Assembly (NCBI GenBank): GCA_964188305.1
Contig: OZ076895.1
DNA: 64,000 nucleotides
Reading direction: 5' to 3' (one strand)
From: Podarcis bocagei
Lineage: Eukaryota
A program made the position numbers and the translations under genes. Below the pieces are notes generated by a model. It saw only the letters and a list, made by a program, of their open reading frames with translations, searched no databases and was not told the origin of the DNA. Below are positions 1 to 14,500 of this stretch, piece after piece. Within the stretch, counting starts at the first letter, position 1, and every line of letters starts with the position of its first letter.

Positions 1-1141
1 GAAGAGAGCACCATGAGGACTCATCTGCTGATCTTGAAACATGGGCAAACTATTATTCAAGAAGGAATTCTTGCAGATATCTGTGTCCCAAGCTGTTTAG
101 AGCTTGCCTGGTGCCCTCATTACATATCTTTAGGTGCCAGGCAAAAACATTTCTCTATAACCAGGCCGTTGGCTGATTAACATTCCATGGCCTTTTAAAT
201 GTGTGTGTGGGATGGGGATTATGGATTTGTTGTTTGGTTTTTGTTTTATTATGTATTTTGCGCTCTCATTTTGTATTTCTATGCTATGATCTTCAGATGA
301 AAGGCAGTAAACAAATTTTAGTAATAATGATGATAATAGATCTTCATAGGAGTCAAAAAGTGTCTCTGTATATGAATTAGGACTGAGCCAAAAATGTCCA
401 TCCAACATTGGTTTAATTTTCCGCAGGTTTTAAAAAAAACTTTTCAAATGGTGTTTCCGACAGTCACCTCAAAACTTTAGATAGTTTTCTTCCATGTTGT
501 AGATACTGCTCAGGAGCCATGCAGGCAGCCCCAAAATGCAACAGAGCCAGGGATTAGTAGAATGCTGCAAAATTGATTTATGAACATGATAGTCTAGGCA
601 GCCTTGGACTACCATATTATTTATAATAATTTATGTAGTTCTTTGAACATATAGGGTTCTCTAGAATTTTTTTCTCATTCTTTCCTTGGAATAGTTCCTT
701 GAGATTTCCTGGTCTGAAAAATGGAAATCAAGCCCAAGAGTAACTAGGCCACCATACAAATCCCTTAGTGACCAAGAGGTCTTCCAGTGTAACAACATTT
801 TGTTAATGTATCCAAGTTGTGAGGAAATGCAACTTCTCAAGAAAGTTGTTTTCACTTCTTGCTGCTACTCAGAGTGAAAGTGACAGGTGAGAAAACTGTA
901 TCGAGAAAGTGTGTTCAAATATCGAGAAACTTGAACAGGTTTTCATATTTAGAAACAAAAGAATTGTCACTGCTCATCTTTGTGAAGGTCTGTTTGACTT
1001 TTTTCTTGCAGTAGCCTCCAACGTGGAGATTCTGAACCATTTCAGTCCTGGCAATGTCTGCTTTTGCTTGGGAAAAGCAACAGGCAGTGAACCTCTGAGG
1101 CCTACTGTGTCAGGTTTGTATTTATATTTCATAGTAAACAC

Positions 1142-1269
1142 CAGTAATGGGGAACTGTTGGCCCCCCAGGTGATGTAGGACTGCACCTCCCATAATTCCT
1201 AGCCATTGGTTGCAACTGTTGGGCGCTGAAGTCCAGCAGTGTATGGAGGGCCACAGGTTTCCACCCCTG
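1142..1269. mobile_element. Degenerate hAT-type palindromic MITE (family of 57970-58105)
   Basis: cag...ggccccccag...ctcccat / gtccagcag...ggagggccacaggtttccacccctg; related copies near 7441-7560, 13830-13920, 28183-28317, 39830-39920, 47625-47682, 62119-62244. Confidence 0.6.
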
Positions 1270-2531
1270 GCATATACCAACTACTAGCTGTCAAGGGAAA
1301 CCTGTGTAGGGAACACCATATATTATTTTTACAGAGACAGTCAATGGTGTTAACATTTTTCTGGAAAGGTTGGAGTTGAAAATCTGAAGTCTAATGTTTT
1401 ACATTGTTTGTGTGCTGTAAGCTGCCCAGAATGGCTGGGGAGACCCAGACAGATGGGCGGGGTATAATGATGATGATGAAATGGACATAAAGTCTCATGG
1501 TGACTCCCTTAGCTAGACTTGTGTAACTGAATCGTTAAATTAAATGCTACCATATCCTGCTTGTCAATACTTCCATCTTCATGCTTTAATTATAGGAAGC
1601 TATACTCATTCTGTTACTTTTAATTTAAAGCTTAACATTTAGACCTGTCCCATAATGCGCTGAAAACTACACCAGCGGCAGTTTAAGTGCTAGGACAAAC
1701 ATAATGCAAGATCAGACATAATGTGTGCTAGGACAAACATATACATGCAGGCCTTGCTATCTGTACACTTACTATCTTAAAATTCACTTATCTACATATA
1801 AAGAATTATGCCCAAACTTCATTATATGCATTGCAGATTCAGATATCTGAACATTTGGTTTCCTTATTTCCTTGTTTGTGCTTTGCTGTCTGGAGGCAGC
1901 CGTTTTCAAACAGACACAATGGACAGAGGGAGATGGGAGCAGGAGAGATTGGATAAATTTGTTTGTTTTTATTTGTCTCTCTTTTGCTGATGGACTGCAG
2001 CCATTTCAGGAAGAAACCATGGAGAAATGGGGAAAGGAGATCAGACACATCCTGCGTTAGAAATATTTCCAAAAGAAATGATGTAAATCGTGGACTTGTT
2101 ATGTGAACTCTCGCCTAACAAACGGTTTCCCGGGAACACATTGCCTTTGATAAGTAGGGCCTGCATGTATATATTACACTAACCAAGATGTAAACATACC
2201 CAGGGTTATTCTGTAAAGATAGCTGGGCAGACATTTGAAGTCCAATACTTCATCTCCTACACTTGAATGGATTCCTTTATGTGTTGACTCCTGACATAGA
2301 GTTACTCTTGGAACATAGAAATAAGTTTATTTGGTAGGGATTGATTTAACTAGTGTTGGTTCTGATTAGAGAGCAGCTAACTGTGAATAAACTATACTTG
2401 TTATGCATAGTTTGTTGGTCCCAAGATTAATTGCTTTATTCTTTCTGTGTTATGCCTGCATCTATGTTGTAACAGGGCAGTGACCTTCTGAAGAGTAAAA
2501 TAGCCACCATTGCCCACGTTCCACTGCCACC

Positions 2532-2538
2532 ATGTCAG
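2532..2538 (+). CDS. SGSM3: SGSM3 first coding exon (exon 2476-2538; ATG TCA G)
   Basis: gccaccATG Kozak context, donor gtaagc, acceptor aacag ending at 2475. Confidence 0.88.
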
Positions 2539-5500
2539 GTAAGCCCTTAATCAATTATTAGTAATTTTGATACTTTATCAAAATCCTTCCAATTTTAAGA
2601 AAAGACCAAGCCAACCATACCAGTGTTGTTAACTTTATTCCAGTTAGCTACATGTGTCATGTAGTGTTTTGAAACTTCAGAGAGGCTGCTCATCAGATTG
2701 GACACATAGAATCACAGGCATCTTTTCACTTACTTTTCTCTAGCTCTCAGACAGAAAACTCAGTTAACACTACCATATTTACAAGAACAGAATATGTAAA
2801 TCACTGACTTGATCCAGATTTTTGAGTGGAAGGCCATTTGTTCCCACCTTTCCCTCCCTATTGCAGTCCCTTTTGCCCCCCAAAGCTGCTCAGGAGGGAT
2901 GGAGTATGGGAGATTGCAGTAGATGGGGGAATGCAGAATGAGGAAGAAGCTTGAATGTGTCAGTGGTTGGATTCTTGCAGTTTCTCCCCTCCCGCTGTGT
3001 TCTGTACTCCCTCCTGTGCCACTCTGAAGGTATCCCTAACCCTCACAAGCAGCTTTTTGGGATGGGTCGGAAAAGAAAGGAGAACAAAGGCCCCATAGTA
3101 TGAGTAGCTTTTCTGCTTGCAGAAAGTCTGGGTCTTAGTAAAGATCTCTAGCAAGGCCATGACTGGTTTACAATGCCCCTAACTAATACATTAGGAATAC
3201 TTTCCTGATTGCCAATAAAAGAAGACAGTAAGAAGCTGTGCTGAAATAAGTGTATTTAGAATTTAGCACTTCAAAAGTTTGAGAAGAATTGGGGTTCACA
3301 TGGTATATTCAGAGGAATTTTCCATCTGTTCCCCCCACCCCTTCTAGAACAATAGTTATTCTCATGCTTGTGAAAAATGAATTTAATCCTACATACATAT
3401 CTGAGTTACTTGGGCTATCCTGCATAATTCAGTTGCTTTTCCATGTTTCCATGTGTCCACAGTTTGCTTATGGTGATTTCTGGACTTTTAATAGCACAAA
3501 ACTGGGTACAGAGTCTCGTGAAGTGTTTTAGGACTGGCTAATCACAGAAGTGTTAGTGTGACTTTCCTGTCCCTTGTGTTCCATTGTTGTGTATGTTTGC
3601 AATGTTTTTACATATAGGAAGCTGTACCCCTACTGCTGGTGGGCCCTTCTCTGCTCTCACACCCAGCATATGGCCTCAGGAGATCTTGGCAAAATATGCC
3701 CAGGTACTACTATAACACAAAGTGAAATAATAAATATTGCACCTAATTTCTCTTTCATTGTTGAATAGTAAACAGTAGTGTACATTATGAATGTTTGTAT
3801 GTGTCTTCAAGTACCCTTCTAGGCATTTGTGGCAATTAATTGCTGGTTCAGCAGCTGCATTCATTCTAGCATGAATGGAGCTCCCAGGTAAATTGGCACT
3901 GCTGGCAAAATCTGATATAGAGCCTGACTCTAATAGTTTATTAGCTGGTAACCTAAACACAAATTATGTCTGATCTTGCATTATGTCTTACATTTGGGTA
4001 AAGAAGCCAGGGTATAAAATACTTCTGGTGGCTGTGTATACCCTTTTAAAAAGACTGGGTAGTGGAAGCCACGCTCTTGAGACCTTGCCAAAGGTTTCAC
4101 ACATGAATAGCCTATAAATTTAATTAGAAGTGCATGTGCCTGGCACAACATATAAAATGAAAAATCAGCTGTGAAACATAGAGTCCATTGGGATAAAGGC
4201 TGCCAGGAAGGAACCCTTACACTGATAAAATAAATAAGATTCCAGCTGAGCAGCTGCTTGCATGATAGGCACTGTTATATGTACAACTGCTTGGTGATGC
4301 TCAAAACTCGCATTCAAAGGCAACAGGGTTAGGCTGACAAATGCTTTCTGGGGCCATCTGGATTAACAGCAATCCCCAGGTTGAATCAGGAATTCTGTGG
4401 TAGATCTTTACATCCAAAAGAAACTGGGACAGCTTTGGTACTAATCTTAGCATGTTAGACTTTGGGACAATATTGTGCTTAAGTAGTTTAAACAGTACAG
4501 AATTCGAAGTATTAATTGTGTCTAGACTATAAGAGTAGTTGTGAGAAGCATTGCTAAGGATGCACACACATGGAGAAGCATAAATGGGAGCAGTATTTCC
4601 TGTGCATACAGTATATGTACACATAGAATAATATGTAGACTGAGCCAATGAGTGACCAAATCATCAGTCTGTAGGATTTTGATGCCTTTTAAATAATGAG
4701 AAGGGGTTAAGGTTGGGAGAAGCAAGGCAAAAAATCTCCAGTGGAAGTACCTTCCCAACACATTCTTCCTAGATTTACTGTGGAAGTTATTTATATAGGC
4801 TATAAGAGTACAGCACAAATGCATAGAGTGCTCCCATTTTTATTTTGGATGCCTGCAGTGTGTAAAAGTGTTGTACCACCTAGTGGCAAAGAATGGAAAG
4901 CAATTCTTTTTTTCGGTTTTCCAGAAAGAAGAATCTGTTGAACAGCCAGAGTTCCGGTATGATGAATTTGGTTTCCGAGTAGACAAAGAAGGCAAGGCCT
5001 TTTATTTCTGTGGTGTAACTTGTGACAAGATCTCCCTGGGGCTCTGCTTCAGAAGTCAATTATTCCCAGCAGTCCCTTTCCAACTCTTGATTCTGGTGGT
5101 GCTTTGAAAGAAGTTGACCTCTAAAGAAATTAACTTCAGGCTTTACTAACATGATAACATTCTTGGTAACGTGTCATTTAGGAACAGTGCACATGTATGT
5201 AAACAGCAGCTTTTCCTTCTTGAAAAGACATGGAGGTGACAACCAGGATAGGATCAGGGTGTTGCTCATATGTATTTTAAAGCTGTAATCCATCTACATG
5301 TTTGTCTGGGCTCAAGTTCTTGAAACCAGCAGAGTCTGAAACCCTGGACAGCTGCTGGAAGCCGCCCAGAGTAACTGGGGAAGCACAGCCAGATGGGCAG
5401 GGTATCAATAATAAAATTATTATTTGTGTACATTGTTTTCAGAAGATTTAATGGTATAGAAATCTATATGCAAATAATAAATATTAGGACAGCTAGCCAC

Positions 5501-8500
5501 TTTAGGCATTTCATATGAGCCAGAATACAAATGTTCAAATGGAAAAGTAAACACCTTCATTTCCCTGTTTGAATTTCAACTGGCTGGTGACCATATACCT
5601 CATAAGGGACTGTCAGAGTGGATTTTTCAACATCACCAACAGTGGTGGTCTGTGCATGCTTTGGGATCAGAATTGGAACTTGGTTATACACTTGCCCAAG
5701 CATGCACAACTGAATTCTTGACTCTCTAGATTGTAAAGTCCAGCTTTTCAAGGAATTATTATTTTTCAGATGTAGAAGGCTACTTGCTACTTTCTTCCCC
5801 ACACCTAAAGCTGGTGTTCTTTGCTACAGATGGCGCGGAGCCAAACTCTAGCAAGCTCTTGGGGATCCCACTGGTTGAAGAGCCACAGCACAGGCTGAAA
5901 TGGCAGGCCCACTTGGAATTCACACACAACCATGACGTGGGGGACCTCACCTGGGACAAGATAGAAGTCACACTTCCACGTTCCGACAAGCTGCGATCAT
6001 TGGTGTTGGCTGGCATTCCTCATAGCATGAGGCCACAGGTGAAGCATTCCTGGTTAACCATGAAGGGGAGGAGAGCTTGCTGGTGAGGTTTCCTGTCTTA
6101 ATTATAAACCCTTTCTTTCCTTCCTTCATTTCACCCAGCTGTGGATGAGACTGTCAGGTGCTCTGCAGAAGAAGCGAAATTCTGAAATGTCGTATCGGGA
6201 AATTGTGAAAAACAGCTCAAATGATGAAACCATTGCTGCCAAACAAGTGGGTACTTTGCCATGGGTTAGTTCTTGGGGCTCAAGAAAGGGCACTCTATCA
6301 GGTGGGTGGAAGAAAGGGAAAATTAAGAGCAGCGATTGAGAGGAGGGGGTTACCCACTCAGTTTCTCGGAGTTGGTAGTTCTCTTCTAGTGCTGAAAATG
6401 AGCTTAGAGGGATTGGCACACAACGTTCCTCCTGATATTGGCCAAGAAAGGATTTACTACCACACATCACCTTTGTGGATTTAATGTAGAACAAAGAGGG
6501 GTGGGGGTGTTGCACACTTGCTGCCATCATGCTAAAAGGAAAAGAATAAAATCTTCAATCGTTAGAAAGTAGGAAGTTTTGAGGTCTAGGTACAGAACTT
6601 TGTAAACATCTCTCTCAGCCAGCACAAATCTTCTTGCCACTCAGCAGCAGCTAATTACCCTTTAGGTATAGAGTTTGCATAAAATATTATTCTGTTGATG
6701 CACTAACATGTATTCATGAGGCGCTTTGCTCAGACTCTTGCTATTGGATATAAACACTGAACAAAATGTGAAGAAGTAGTCTGGAGATCACTATACAAGG
6801 TTGTGTGTCTTAAGCTCCAAATAGCACCACTGAGTCCTAACTTTTAATCCTCAGACTCTTACGGCAGATTCACACCATACATTTAAAGTACATCCAACAC
6901 GCATTTAATGCACATGACTTTCCCCAAAGAATCCTGCAAAGTGTAGTTTCCCCCTCATAGAGGCACAATTTCCAGCATCCCTAACAAACTATAGTTCCCA
7001 TGAATGTTTGGGAAAAGCCATGTGTTTTAAACATGCATTAGATGTGCTTTAAATATATGAGGTACATCTGCCCTTAGATTAATGAGTGATTCTCAGCCCA
7101 TTAAGGACAAACACCAACAACCTAATGAAGGGGACAGGACTTTGTAAAACTAGTAGGGAAGACGAGGCAACTTTATAAAGAAAGCAAAATGGGAGATGCC
7201 ATTTATAGAGCTGTGAGTGCCTCCTTCAGATCTCATCATACCTTTTGCAAGGTGCATACAGGCCACTAAAGTTGAGCCTTCCTCCCCCCCCCCCCTTGTA
7301 ACTAATTCTGTCACCAGTCGTTGGAAGGTAAATTTTTTTTGCTTCAAGTAGACAGGAAGAAAAAGAAGCATAGAGTAGAGGCATCCAAGACAGACTTTGG
7401 AACTGGGTAAGGCTTCTGAAGCAAATGTCAACCCTTAAAGCAGGCTTTGGTAGCCTGGCATCGTCCAGATGTTTTGGACTGCAGCTCCTATCATCTCTAG
7501 CCATTCTGCTGGGAGCCGAAGTCCAATAACATCAGGAGAGCACCAGGTTGAGGAAGCCTGCTAATAGGCCCTCTCACAATGGCACCATTGATACTGTTTG
7601 TGGAAGTCAGGGTCTCATCCAGGCTGCTTTGGCGGGGGGACTGCTAGAATGTGCATTGGCACATAAAACCCAGTACTATTTGGTACATTTTTATCTTGAG
7701 CGTGCAGTAAGAGATGTGCTGCTTACTCACTCACTTTGAGTTCACTTCAGGTTGCAGATGAGGCCTTATACTGAATGGATGGAAGTTTGCATGCTCTTTG
7801 TGAGGCTTCCATTCTGAGGTGAAATGGCAGCCTCAGACTACAGGCCTACTTTGTGGAGGTGCAAAGAATGTAAGGACAGCCCAGGGGACTAGAGAAAGAA
7901 AAAAGAAGATGGGGAAGATAATTGCTAACTGAGTCTAGAATGCTAATCTGTGATACTTGATTTCTGTTAGATTGAGAAAGATTTGCTCCGCACCATGCCC
8001 AGCAACGCCTGCTTTTCCAACATGAATAGTATTGGAGTGCCGCGACTACGCAGAATTCTCCGGGGCCTGGCATGGCTGTATCCCGAAATAGGCTATTGTC
8101 AAGGCACTGGCATGGTAAATAAACCTCTCCTATTGTTGTTATATGTGAGCTGTTATTGTTTCCCTTGGGAATCTGCTCACAGCAGGTGAGAGGAATTCAC
8201 AGGTACCTGTACAGGCAGCAACATACTTTTTTTTATCCAGTAGAAATAATAAAATAAGTTTACTGCAGAGGCGATGACACCACTAAACATAATATATTAC
8301 TCCGGCCAGGAGTAGGATGACCATGGTGAGTTTTTGCTAACACCCAGCTGTAAGCCATAAAGTAGCCTGTTTCAGGTATAGCCACTATAACTTGGAGAAC
8401 CTCCACATCCTCAGAAACAGCCACCAAGAATTGGAAGTAGGGAAATGGAGATTCCTACAGTCATCTGTGCAGTTAGATGTCCTATATGTTTCAGCAGGGG

Positions 8501-11500
8501 GAATGTGCCATTTTCAGCAACACCCCCCCCCCTTTGCCCATGTAATATTCACTGCAGTTCAAGGTCTTTGTGATGGGGAGAAATGAAGGCCATTTGAGTG
8601 GCAGGGTTCACCAAAGGCTCTTGAGCTACCTCTGACTAGCAAAGTTATTAGCACCATAGGTTAGAATCAAAGTTACTTTATGAACTTATGCTACATTGCT
8701 CCCTATTCATAACTCTGTTTAGAATTTATTTAAATCATATGTAAGCCAGCCTGCAGCACAAGCTCCCAACTTGGCTCACATTGAGAGAGTGGCCCACAGT
8801 TATGTAGTGGAAAACTGGCGGACAAGTCAGTCTACAGATACTAACCCTTTAGGAAGTGCAAGTAAGGGTGAACTGGAGGTGGTATCACTCTGTACACCTG
8901 AGGACATCCATTCCAACAAGCTAGAAATATCAAAAGCAGCAGACTGCTCTACAGAATTACCAGGCCCAAGGGTAATTTAATTCTGGGGATGCGTGATTGC
9001 CTGCCTGACAAAAATGTTCTGGTTGTTTATGAGATGGAGAATTAAATCAAAAGCTGCATCCAATGAGGAAATGTAGTTACGAGTGACTTCAGTTATCCTC
9101 ACGTAGGTTGAATCAGTATGTGTTCCCGTAACAACAAAAAAGTACAATTACTAGATAGACTAAATGACTGCACCCTGGAGCTGATGGTCATGGAGATGAC
9201 CCTGCTCTTAATTTTAAGTAGGATTCAGGGCCTGTTGTGACATAGAAGTGTCGTTAAACTGCACTATAAAATTCAGCATATATATTCGGATGGACAATCG
9301 CCAAAAAAGTTTAGCACAGTCATGTTTGATTTCGTAGAGAAAACTTAGGGGCGGGGAATATAAGACTTCCTTCAGAAAATGGAAGTTTCGTATAAATGAG
9401 AACAAAATAAGCACAAACTTGGAAAAAGAAATGATAAGGGCAGCATTCCCTTCTGATCAACCTTCCAGGGGTGAAATGTCAATAGTGGACAACCAACTGT
9501 GCAGAGCAACGAATGTGCACTGTTCCTTTGTGTGGTAAGCTGCTTCCTAGACACACCCCTCTCTACCCAGGCAGGCAAGTATCATAGTTCAAGGACACAT
9601 TCCAACCAAGCAAAGGGACTTGAAGAGGGTGCAAGCAGGGCTGGTAGGGATGTGGTCTGGGGATTGGAGGGCCACAGTTGACCCTGAGCCCAAGGATCCT
9701 TCTCCCTCCTATAGAAGAACTTTAGCAATTAAGCAGTATATTAATAGCTCAAATAAATAAGTTTTCCTGGAGTCACAGAGGTTTCCATTATCCCATTATT
9801 ATCCTTTTACTGAAACTATGAGGCTGCTTTGCATCCTCCTCCTCATCTAATATCCTGTTCTCACCATGGCTAATTACTTTCTACCCCTAAAATTCTGCTG
9901 CTGTGAGGGAGGGCACCAGTGGGCTGTTACAGATGCTTTTCAGCTTATCTCCATGTTTTCCTCTCCTGCTAGGTAGTCGCTTCCTTACTTCTTTTCTTAG
10001 AAGAGGAAGATGCCTTCTGGATGATGTGTGCTATCATTGAGGACCTGGTGCCGGCCTCCTACTTCAACACTACTCTGATGGGCGTCCAGACTGACCAGCG
10101 CGTCTTGCGGCATCTCATTGTGCAGTACTTGCCACAGCTGGACAAACTACTCCAGGAGCATGACATTGGTGAGAGCCTCCCTTGGGCAGCTGAAGGTTTT
10201 GAGCTTCAGGGTCCAACTCTCTTCTGTGAGCCATATTGTTAACACACTGTGCATGTGGCTGCTAAGGGAATTTAGTAGTGCAAATGAGTCAAACATGCTT
10301 TTGAGCATGAGTCACTTTAGCTTGGTATTTGGGTTGAAATGGAAGAAAATATATGCTTGTGTGCACATAATCTCTTGTGCTATTTGAAAATTCTTGTTTC
10401 AAGCAGAAATATTATCAGTGGCCTCATTTGCTTGTTATTTGCTTGTTATGGTAAGCTATAGTTAATGGCTTGCTGTGAATGTGCCTATTTGGGCCACTTT
10501 TCCTGCATACTAGTAGCAAGCAAACCACAGTCCTTTGCTTAGTATTCTGTCTGAACTAGGAACTAGGTTGTTTTGCTCCAAGCAAACCACAATCTGTAGG
10601 CAAGTTTCGTCCTTGGTTTACTGATCATTGTTTATTTGGCTCTGGCTTGACATAGAGAAAAGGACTGAGAAGGGAGCTGTAATTGCCTGCACTGACATGG
10701 GTAGATTATTTGGAATAGATGTGAGTGTTCTCTGTTTTATGTTGGAAGTGGAAAGTGATTCTATGGAGGGCAGGAGTAGGATGGATTCCTCCTCGTGTGG
10801 GTGACTGGTAAGCTAGAATGATACACCTTCTTTACTGTCTCCATTCACAGAGCTCTCCTTGATCACCCTGCACTGGTTCCTCACATCATTTGCTAGTGTT
10901 GTGCATATCAAGCTGTTGCTACGAATTTGGGACCTCTTTTTCTACCAGGGCTCCATAGTTCTCTTCCAGGTCACACTGGGCATGCTCAGCATGAAGGTAA
11001 CCAACACTCCTCTGCTTTCCCCTCATGGAATGAGTTTTTATATACAGGGACTGCTCTCCCGATTCCCCACCCCCACCCCACCCCCATCTTAGGTATTTGG
11101 GCAATCCTTTATGAGAGGTGTGTGTAAGGAAAGCAAAACAAAAAATGCCATATATCGTTCTTTCGAAATCTGGGTGTGCAGTAGCTCCTTTTGCCACTCG
11201 CTGTTGTCTTTGCTGCGTTTTTGTCTTCTGAATAATGTCAGCAAACTACTATATAGACTGGGATTGTTGACAATGATCTGTTTCAAGAAACACTTTGAGA
11301 AATAACCTCTGCTCTTCTGGTTCTGTGTTGGGCAAATTGATGTGTGGCTGAAATTCAGTGTAGCATTAAGGAATTCCTTTATAGGAAAATAATTGGGTGC
11401 AAAGGGAGATTAACGGAAGCATGCACTGATTGTTGTCCTGCATTCACCGTGCAAACTTTCATCATGGGAATAGAGTTAGATGCAGATAATGGGGCAGTGA

Positions 11501-14500
11501 GAATTGCAAGGGTATTCCAGAGCATAACATGCAGAATGCCTTGTTCCCGTTAACACAGGAAGATGAGTTGATTCAGTCAGAGAACTCTGCCTCCATCTTC
11601 AACACACTCTCGGACATCCCCTCTCAAATTGAAGATCCAGACGTGCTCCTGCAGGAAGCCATGCGTCTCGCTGGTTCCCTGACGGACGTGGCCGTGGAGA
11701 CTCAGCGGTGCAAGCACCTGGCTTACCTCATTGCGGACCAAGGGCAGCTGCTCAATGCAGGGGCTTCTGTCAACTTATCAAAGGTTTGTTTCTAAAGCTC
11801 TTGGGAATCACAAGTTAAAAAATATTTCCTTTCTCAGGCTTGGCTTCTGTTGCCTTTGTTGTTCATAGGTAATGGTAGTGATGTTGAGTCAGTCTTGGCT
11901 GTATTATTGAAGATGTGCTGCCAGACTTCCTGCTACGTCCAGTATAGCTTTTCTGATCCCCCATACTCTTTTTCTATCCTCCTTGGGCTGGCATGTTGTT
12001 TGAGGGGGAGGTTGTTGCTGTTGGCTTTTTGTATCTTTATTTTAGATCTTGTTATTTATGTAGAAATTGTTCCGTTTGGTTGCGTATTCTTTGATGTTTT
12101 ATTTATTGTTTATGACTACTTTCATTATGTTGCAGTTAGGTATTATTTTTGTGTTGTAAGCTGCCTTGAGCATGATTTGAACTGTGGGAAGGTGGCATAG
12201 AAATAAAAATATGTATGTATGTACGTACGTATGTATGTATGTATGTATGTATATATGTATGTATGTTTGATGTAAGTGACCCACAAGATCTGTTTTGCCA
12301 TACTGAATATAATGTCACTATAGCGTTTTTACTATATTCTCTCTTTAATGAGTCTTGGTCTTCTGTCTCTCTCAGATTGTGCGACGCAGGACGCAGCGCA
12401 GGAAGTCTGGCATCACCTCTCTGCTTTTTGGTAAGGAGAAATGCATGAGCATATTATTGTTGCCCTGCACAGGTTGGAACAGTTGAAAGAGCAAACATGG
12501 TAAACATGGTAGAGGGCAAAACATAGTGGGTGTCTGCAAGATTGGCTGTGTGTTGGCACTTCACACTCAACCATATTTTTTTTATTTATAGTGTACTTGG
12601 ATGTGTAATGGAATGAGCCAAATAAATCCTCAAGCTTCCTTCCTCCCCACCCCCCACCCTGATGCAGAATAAGTGGCTGAGGGTGGGAAAAGGAGCACAT
12701 GAGTCAGAGGCACATTCAGGTTCGTTCCAGCTTGTGCACATTGTGCTAAATTATGATTTAGTGCAAACATGGCCATAGATTGTCCTTGCGCTATTGTACA
12801 CTGTACTAAGCACTCTGTTTGCCTTCAGGGTAAGTAAGGAGACACTTCTGTCTGCTGCCTAGATTCATCTTTTTAAAAATTAACCTCTTGGGAGTCGTGC
12901 ACAAGCTGTTTATTCTGCTGTACGCAGGAGGGTTCCTCTTCAGTGGCTGTGTTGGAACCCCAGGTGAAGCCCATGCTCTTTGTCCTCTTTAAAGGTCCAG
13001 AGAAAGAAAGTAATATGAGACACACAAGTAGTATTTACGAGGAGATAACTGTCCTCCTTACTTATTGATCACTTCTGAAAGGCTGCACTACTTTAGAAAC
13101 TATTCACTAATAAAGGTCTGTCCCTGGGCAATCCGCTCTGCAGAAACAAACCTGTTTTTTAATCTGTGTAACTGTGCCATGAGGTTTATAAGCCTTTAAA
13201 TCCCTCAATGAAGTTGCTTTGTAGGGAACTCAGGGCAGTTTACTTAGTTTTAAGTTTACACTGTAGGTGTGCCCTTATTTTATTCTAGCTTAAGCACACT
13301 CTTAGGTTTTTTTATGTAGCTTTTGAGGAGGCCTGAGAAACTTAACTAGGCTTCAGTCTCTCTCTTTTCTGCCAAGAGGCTGGTTATAAAACATATTTAT
13401 GGGGCTTTGAGATGGGGCATAAGGCACATCTCCAGTCTTTCTCATTTCATGTATTCATGTGGAACACAGAATGGATTTTTTAAAAGAGCTGTTGTAGTTA
13501 ACATCAGTTCAGGAATAGAGCGGCACTAAAAAGTAAACGGAAAAACACAATTGTTAGGAACTAGGTATGGGTGAAAATAAAGCAGCAAGTATTACATTGC
13601 CCATAACTCCTTGGAACACCCTTATGTAGAATAGTGTGTAGAGTTCTGTTGCCCTATCTTAAAAGAAATATCGTGCAGAAAGGCAACTAAAAGTATAAGA
13701 CTTTAGGGGGGAAATATGACTAGTGGGAAAGTGGATGTGATTGAGACATAAAATGATGGAAGAAATTCATCCTCTCTCGTTATATTAGAAGGGCAATAGC
13801 AATGGTCTTATTTGCTCCTTTGTTTAGACCAAGGATTTCTAACCTGTGGTAGCATGACCAGTGGCTAGGGAGTATGGGCTTTGTAGTCCAAACATCAGCA
13901 TTGGCCACAGGTTGGCCAACTTTAGACAATTAAATAGAAGAAGGGAAGTCTGTCTTTTTGGTATGAGAACAAAATGGAAACTCAGTGTGCAGAAGCAGTA
14001 TGTTTCCAAATAGCAGATGCTTCAGATGAAGAGGGCAATACTAAGAGAATGATGATGATGCTTTACTTCTTATACCCCACCCATCTGACTGGGTTGCCGC
14101 CTTGCTCTGTTTGAGTGATTTCCTTATCCTTCCTTTGTTTCTGCCTTCCTTCCAGGGGAAGATGACATGGAGGCACTGAAGGCCAAGAACATTAAGCAGA
14201 CAGAGCTGGTTGCAGAGTTGCGCGAGGCCATCCTGCAAGTGGCACGGCATTTTCAGTGTGTGGATCCCAAGAGCTGCAGCATAGTGAGTAGGGGATCTCC
14301 CACAAGAAAACCTATGCTTCCTGCTACTGAGATGGTTACCACTGTACCCAATTTACTTAAGGAGGGGGCTTGTGCAGTGTTGGGTGAGAACTTGTCTCAT
14401 GAGGGAATATGGGAAGATACAAAACTGGAAGAATGTCCTCATCCCTTGTTAGTCTCTGCCTTCTGCTTGGCATGAATTCAGATTACTCTTGTTTGTCCCC

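Noticed and set aside
13590-13790. Very old CR1 ORF2 fragment
   Set aside because: Only faint EYCVQF/VQRRATK-like traces; too decayed to bound without a search.
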